Source of the DNA: an uncultured Rhodobiaceae bacterium
GTDB lineage: Archaea; Thermoplasmatota; Poseidoniia; Poseidoniales; Poseidoniaceae
DNA: 50,423 nt
NCBI GenBank assembly: GCA_937911445.1
Contig: CALDQY010000297.1
Span: 1-50,423 of the forward strand
Direction: 5' to 3'
The notes beneath the pieces were generated by a model. It worked only from the letters and a program-made list of their open reading frames with translations. It searched no databases and had not been told where the DNA came from. This document shows, in pieces, positions 45,580 to 50,423 of the stretch; the stretch's first letter is position 1, and each line of letters opens with the position of its first letter. The position numbers were made by a program, and so were the translations under genes.

Positions 45580-46716
45580 ATGCGAATCGGCGTCGTTGTC
45601 AATCCTGATGCCGGTCTGGGTGGAAGATTGGGATTCAAAGGAAGCGATGGACGCGCCAAAGAAGCACGTGAAGCTGGTGCAGTCGACCGTTCAGGCCCAC
45701 GAATGCAACAATGCATATCCAGATTTCTTGACCTGCAACAATCGAGTTTGAATCGAATAGGTGTTGATCCAACGTTCGTTGCTTGGACCGGTCGAATGGG
45801 AGGAGACTGGCTCGATGGCGTCGATTACGAACAGCGCCAACCATCACCATCTGAATCAACGGCTGATGATACCGCCGCACTCGTTTTGGATTTGGTTTCA
45901 GCCAACGTTGATGCCATCCTCTATGCCGGCGGTGATGGGACAACCAGAGACATCGTCAATGCTCTTGATGGTCATGAAACGCCACTGATTGGCGTTCCAG
46001 CTGGGGTTAAGATGCATTCAGGTTGTTTTGCTACTACACCAAATGCCGCTGCTGAGGTCCTTCTCGCATTCCTACAAGGCGATCTGATGGTTGCCATCAC
46101 AGAAGTCATGGATTTGGATGAAGAAATCTACCAGCGTGGCGAGTGGAAAGTTCGCATGTATGGTGAGGCATGGACACCATCGAGTCCACGATTCATGCAA
46201 GGTGCGAAAGAACAGGTCGAGCGTGCGAGCGAAGCCGAGACCATTGAAGGTCTTGCCAACCACATCGGGAACCTCATCGAAGCAGACCCTGAACTGATGG
46301 TCATATGGGGAAGCGGTGGAACGTTACGCAGAATGGGAGAACATCTCGATGTGGAACTTACACTCCTTGGTATCGATATTCAACACAAAGGGACTGTTTA
46401 CGGAGATTTGAACGAGAAGGCTCTGCTTGAACACTTGAAGGATTACGAAGGACCTCGTTTGCTGCTTCTCTCACCAATGGGAGGTCAAGGCTTCCTCATC
46501 GGGCGAGGCAACCTCCAACTTTCCCCAGATGTATTGCGAGCGATAGGTTTGGATTCGATTCTCGGTGTTGCAACACCATCGAAGCTGTTGGGTCTTTCGA
46601 GTGTGCGAATCGACACAGGCGATGTTGCTTTGGATGAGGAATTCCAACAACGACGTTTCGTCAAATTGTTGCAAGGCTATCGAACAACTCGAGTGATTCG
46701 AGTGTTGGATGCTTAA
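45580..46716 (+). CDS. ATP-NAD kinase-like family protein (COG3199 / AcoX-like)
   Basis: [24 protein letters not shown] and [14 protein letters not shown] ... [14 protein letters not shown] match the COG3199 pattern. The track start at 45520 is TTG, with other ATGs at 45547 and 45580. Confidence 0.7.
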   Translation: MRIGVVVNPDAGLGGRLGFKGSDGRAKEAREAGAVDRSGPRMQQCISRFLDLQQSSLNRIGVDPTFVAWTGRMGGDWLDGVDYEQRQPSPSESTADDTAALVLDLVSANVDAILYAGGDGTTRDIVNALDGHETPLIGVPAGVKMHSGCFATTPNAAAEVLLAFLQGDLMVAITEVMDLDEEIYQRGEWKVRMYGEAWTPSSPRFMQGAKEQVERASEAETIEGLANHIGNLIEADPELMVIWGSGGTLRRMGEHLDVELTLLGIDIQHKGTVYGDLNEKALLEHLKDYEGPRLLLLSPMGGQGFLIGRGNLQLSPDVLRAIGLDSILGVATPSKLLGLSSVRIDTGDVALDEEFQQRRFVKLLQGYRTTRVIRVLDA

Positions 46717-48341
46717 GGGAGCGACTGCCCGCTTGAAGCGAGAAGCAAACCGAGGAACGGTGGGCTTGGACGACCTGGGCGAGACTTGAACTCTGGATGA
46801 TACTGGACGCCAACGTAGTACGGATGTCCATCGAGTTCAAAGATTTCACAACGCTGTCCGCTTTCGTCCTTACCAACGAATTTCAAACCAGCGGCTTCTA
46901 TTTGGTCAACCAGATCGGGATTGATTTCGTAACGGTGACGATGGCGTTCATCGACCGAATCATGGCCTCCATAGAGTCGCTTTGTAACGCAGTCCTCAAC
47001 TTGGAAGATGGTCGGCCGGGAACCAAGACGCATCGTTCCACCGAGGTGCGTCTTCGATATTTCAGGCATGAAAATCACTGCAGGATTGGCGGCATCGGCA
47101 TCAAATTCAGTGGATGTTGCATCTTCAATTCCTAACACGTTGCGACAGAATTCGATGGTCGCAACCTGCAATCCGAGACAAATGCCAAGGTACGGGACAT
47201 TGTTTTCGCGAGCATATTGTGCAGCGAGGACCTTTCCTTCGATGCCACGGTCACCGAAGCCACCAGGGACCAAGATGCCGTTAGCATTGCGGAGAAGCCC
47301 CCACGCCTCAGCGTTGTTTGCATCTTCCAAGTCGCTTGCTTCAATCCAATCGATGTTGAGTTTACGCTCAACGGCAAGAGCAGCATGTTGGAGAGATTTG
47401 ATGACGGAGAGATAAGCATCGGAAAGATCGGTGTACTTTCCAACCATAGCGATGTTGACCTCTTCAGTGAGTTCATCGAGGCGGTGAGCCATAGCTCTCC
47501 ATTCAGCAAGAAGACCCGTCTTGTCGCAGTCAATGTCCAGAATATCGCAGAATCCTTGTTCTTCGAGCATCAATGGAACGTGGTAGATGTTGGGAACGTC
47601 ATGTGTCGAGAAGACAGCTTCAGGACGCACATGACAGAAGGCTGATAGTTTCTGACGCGTTTCATCATTCAAAGGTTTACTCGAACGACAAACGAGGACG
47701 TCTGGGGTGATGCCGAGTCCCATGAGTTCCTTGACCGTATGTTGTGTTGGCTTGGTTTTCTGCTCCCCAACTGGTCCCATGACAGGAACGAGAGAGACGT
47801 GAACAAAGGTGACGTTTTTCCTTCCAACCCGGAACTGGAATTGACGGAGCGCTTCCAAGTATGGTGCACTTTCGATGTCGCCAACTGTACCACCAAGTTC
47901 GATGATGCAGACATCGGGTGTTTCATCGCTCCCATCAGCAGGTCGCTTAGCAACATCGATGATCCAATCTTGAACAGCATCGGTAATGTGCGGAATCACT
48001 TGAACCGTTTTTCCAAGATAGTCGCCACGGCGTTCAGCTTCGAGGACTTTGGAATAGATCTTACCGGTTGTGAGGTTGTTGTCTCGAGCAAGGTTGAGAT
48101 CAAGGAAGCGCTCGTAATTGCCGAGGTCAAGGTCGACTTCACCACCATCGTCCAGAACGAAGACTTCACCATGTTCGAACGGACTCATGGTTCCAGCATC
48201 GCTGTTCAGATAGGGATCTATTTTGATCGATGTGACACGCAAGCCGGCACTTTTCAGAAGAACACCGATGCTACTTGCAGTAACACCCTTGCCCAGTCCG
48301 CTGAGCACGCCCCCGCTGACAATTACGTACCTCAAACCCAT
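46713..48341 (-). CDS. pyrG: CTP synthase
   Basis: [27 protein letters not shown]-terminus and a GATase domain with GICLGLQ and HRHRYE. The track start at 48377 is TTG, and ATG 48341 matches the canonical N-terminus. Confidence 0.95.
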   Translation of the reverse strand: MGLRYVIVSGGVLSGLGKGVTASSIGVLLKSAGLRVTSIKIDPYLNSDAGTMSPFEHGEVFVLDDGGEVDLDLGNYERFLDLNLARDNNLTTGKIYSKVLEAERRGDYLGKTVQVIPHITDAVQDWIIDVAKRPADGSDETPDVCIIELGGTVGDIESAPYLEALRQFQFRVGRKNVTFVHVSLVPVMGPVGEQKTKPTQHTVKELMGLGITPDVLVCRSSKPLNDETRQKLSAFCHVRPEAVFSTHDVPNIYHVPLMLEEQGFCDILDIDCDKTGLLAEWRAMAHRLDELTEEVNIAMVGKYTDLSDAYLSVIKSLQHAALAVERKLNIDWIEASDLEDANNAEAWGLLRNANGILVPGGFGDRGIEGKVLAAQYARENNVPYLGICLGLQVATIEFCRNVLGIEDATSTEFDADAANPAVIFMPEISKTHLGGTMRLGSRPTIFQVEDCVTKRLYGGHDSVDERHRHRYEINPDLVDQIEAAGLKFVGKDESGQRCEIFELDGHPYYVGVQYHPEFKSRPGRPSPPFLGLLLASSGQSLP

Positions 48342-48443
48342 CAACGGGATTTCTAGCCGTCGCGCATACCATATCAATATTGGCTAAGACAATTGACTAT
48401 GGTTCATCTCTACGTTCAAGTATCGTCAGATTAAGCCGAGTGT

Positions 48444-49400
48444 ATGTCGGGGCCATCTGGCGACAAGATACTGGTCACAGGGGCCCTTGGTCAGATTGGA
48501 ACCGAACTCGTTGAAGCATTGCGCAAGCAACATGGTTCTTCATCTGTCATCGCATCAGACCTTCGTCCGGTCGAACAGGTTGACCTCAGTCAAGGTCCTT
48601 ATCTTACGCTTGATGTTCTCGATACTGAAGCGGTCATCGATGCGTGTAAGAAAGAAGGCGTTGGTACAGTCTATCACTTAGCGGCACTGCTCTCCGCAAC
48701 CGGTGAGAAGAATCCAGAGTTGTGTCGAAAGGTCAACGTTGGTGGAACCATCTCCGTGTTTGAAGCAGCGCGAGCGTGTTCAATGCGCGTCTTTACCCCT
48801 TCATCCATTGCAGTGTATGGGCCAGATGCGCCAAAACATGCCCCGCAAATCACACCACTTAACCCAACGACTGTGTACGGTGAAACCAAAGTCGAAGGCG
48901 AAAAACTCGCCAAAGAGTACGAAGAGAAATACGGATTGGACATACGCGGCATTCGCTATCCCGGTTTGATTTCGTACAAAGCACCAGCAGGGGGTGGCAC
49001 GACCGATTATGCAGTGGAAATATTCGATGCCGCACTGAATGATGGGCATTATGATTGCTTTGTCCGTGCAGATACACGATTGCCCATGCTCTACATGGAC
49101 GATGCTATCCGAGCAACTCTGATGTTGATGGATGAGCAAAGTGAACATCTTGGTGAATCGAAAGCTGGTTACAACATCGATTGTTTTTCGTTTACTGCAG
49201 AAGAATTAGCGATAGCCATCGCCAACGAAGTAGATGGATTTACGTTTGATTTCAAACCTGATGTACGCCAGAATTATGCAGATTCATGGCCAGATTCAAT
49301 CGATGGGTCAGTCGCTAAGGAAGAATGGAACTGGTCGCCACAATTCGATCTCGATGCAATGGTCAAAGCCATGCTGGATGGGCTCTCAAAGAGTCAGTAA
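48444..49400 (+). CDS. NAD-dependent epimerase/dehydratase-fold L-threonine 3-dehydrogenase-like protein (extended SDR)
   Basis: KILVTGALGQIGTELVEALR Rossmann motif, YGETK catalytic YxxxK, and a C-terminal YADSWPDSIDGSVAKEEWNWSPQFDLDAMVKAML resembling SDR-type TDH. Confidence 0.75.
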   Translation: MSGPSGDKILVTGALGQIGTELVEALRKQHGSSSVIASDLRPVEQVDLSQGPYLTLDVLDTEAVIDACKKEGVGTVYHLAALLSATGEKNPELCRKVNVGGTISVFEAARACSMRVFTPSSIAVYGPDAPKHAPQITPLNPTTVYGETKVEGEKLAKEYEEKYGLDIRGIRYPGLISYKAPAGGGTTDYAVEIFDAALNDGHYDCFVRADTRLPMLYMDDAIRATLMLMDEQSEHLGESKAGYNIDCFSFTAEELAIAIANEVDGFTFDFKPDVRQNYADSWPDSIDGSVAKEEWNWSPQFDLDAMVKAMLDGLSKSQ

Positions 49401-49416
49401 TCTCTTCCCAGTGCAA

Positions 49417-50423
49417 TCATTGTGAAATCCACTTGTAGGTACGGGCACCTTCGTTGGCTCCATCTTCACCGATTTCAACAAGAGCAAATTCACCACGAGG
49501 AGAGACAACGCTCTCTTCTTGCAATCCCTTGTGGAGATTTTCGTAGGTGATCTGATCGATGGCGACACGACCTGCAAGGCGCTCAAACAATTGCCAGCCT
49601 GCAACGACTTCGCGCCATCGTGGAGCAACCTTGCCTTCGAACACCTTCGCTTTCGCACCAGAACCGTAACCACAGAGGCCAAACAGTTCACCTTCAAGTT
49701 TTGAGTTGTCCTCCAAATCCGATTCAAAGGTGGACATGAGTGCCAAGAAAATGGAACCCGTGTATTGATTTCCAATTAGACTTGAGGCACGTTGTCCCTT
49801 CTCGATGCGCTCCTTGTGGAACTCCATGTACTCTGGAGTCTTCGAAATGGCTCGACGGTATCCATCCATTTCCTTTTCCCAAGCCATGATGGCTTCAGGG
49901 TCATCGGATTCGGGTTTTTCTGGTTGTTCGCCAATCTGTTCGATGACGCTTGGCCACATTGACGTGTTCATTCGATCGTGACGGAATACATCAGGGAACA
50001 TTCTCTTTGCTTGGAATGCATAAGGAAGGTGCATGATGATACGAGACCATTGTTCTGTGAACTGCGTATCGAGTTCAGGGTCCCATCGCTTTTGCTTGAT
50101 GGCTCGCTGGCTGAAATTGTAGAATGCTTGCCGAACAGCTTGCTGGTAACATCGATTCGAAAATTGGCCGTCAAAAACAGGTTCATCTCGGTGAACACTG
50201 ACGGATTCTTCGCCATGTGCAAAGATTCCGAGACGTCGTACTGTCGACTCCGGGAGGTGCTTGACCATGCGCTCAACGATTCCCTTCTTGACCGATTGAC
50301 CAGCCTCTTGTGCCAGTGTCATGACATTGGAAATTACGGAGCGAATGCTGACGTTTCGTCGTGGCTTGAAGAAATCGTGGACGGGCGTTGTTGACACACC
50401 CCAGCAATCTGGCACTTCCAGAA
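49417..50423 (-). CDS. Hydroxymethylglutaryl-CoA synthase, C-terminal ~335 codons (5' end beyond right window edge)
   Basis: HDFFKPRR, GNQYTGSIFLAL and LCGYGSGAKA motifs. The frame stays open to position 50423. The track start M at 50415 is a GTG inside the gene. Confidence 0.85.
   Translation of the reverse strand, partial: LEVPDCWGVSTTPVHDFFKPRRNVSIRSVISNVMTLAQEAGQSVKKGIVERMVKHLPESTVRRLGIFAHGEESVSVHRDEPVFDGQFSNRCYQQAVRQAFYNFSQRAIKQKRWDPELDTQFTEQWSRIIMHLPYAFQAKRMFPDVFRHDRMNTSMWPSVIEQIGEQPEKPESDDPEAIMAWEKEMDGYRRAISKTPEYMEFHKERIEKGQRASSLIGNQYTGSIFLALMSTFESDLEDNSKLEGELFGLCGYGSGAKAKVFEGKVAPRWREVVAGWQLFERLAGRVAIDQITYENLHKGLQEESVVSPRGEFALVEIGEDGANEGARTYKWISQ

Noticed and set aside
1-50423. CRISPR arrays, transposases or integrases, prophage or defence-island hallmarks, rRNA operons
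   Set aside because: I saw no regularly spaced direct repeats. I recognised no DDE, tyrosine- or serine-recombinase motifs, Cas proteins, restriction/modification enzymes or toxin-antitoxin pairs. The only repeats are the short intergenic motifs reported above.

Overview
This is an archaeal chromosomal segment, about 95% coding, with 41 protein-coding genes on both strands. By eye I found no rRNA, tRNA, CRISPR array, transposase or integrase.

Lineage markers are an Hjc resolvase, MC1 chromatin protein, DacZ-type diadenylate cyclase, Cdc48/VAT, a Sec11-type signal peptidase, PyrB/PyrI and a PRC-barrel protein. With two giant sequon-rich surface proteins and extreme gene packing, this suggests a streamlined planktonic euryarchaeote. 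Poseidoniales/MGII-like is only my guess.

Housekeeping content:
- sdhC-sdhA-sdhB and an aldehyde dehydrogenase
- cdc48, pyrB-pyrI, pyrG and thrS
- a TtuA/Ncs6-type tRNA thiolase
- an SDR-type threonine dehydrogenase
- a COG3199 NAD-kinase-like protein
- HMG-CoA synthase (partial, at the right edge)

Caveats on the ORF track:
- It omits a 1,419-codon minus-strand ORF (1..4259) that runs off the left edge.
- Several track starts shown as M are really TTG or GTG codons (checked at 4785, 6377, 9536, 18542, 20168, 27746, 38661, 45193, 45520, 48377, 50415). Better ATG starts often lie downstream.

Most interesting loci:
- A translationally coupled operon of a small Roadblock/LC7-like protein, a ~1,040-aa Roadblock-plus-long-coiled-coil protein and a 78-aa membrane protein, with no GTPase partner (32211..35959).
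- The adjacent divergent intergenic region, which carries nested inverted and direct AAAATTC(C)AAYTG repeats (35982..36145).
- cdc48 and a PRC-barrel gene followed by a DUF4350-like/DUF58/polytopic-membrane module with no MoxR ATPase (25491..32210).
- A coupled macrodomain-dacZ gene pair (10401..11903).
- A low-GC islet of small membrane proteins flanked by a recurring GGGG/CCCC hairpin motif (18806..20168).
- Seven of ten tail-to-tail gene junctions with zero or negative spacing.

All family assignments come from motif recognition by eye and need profile searches.
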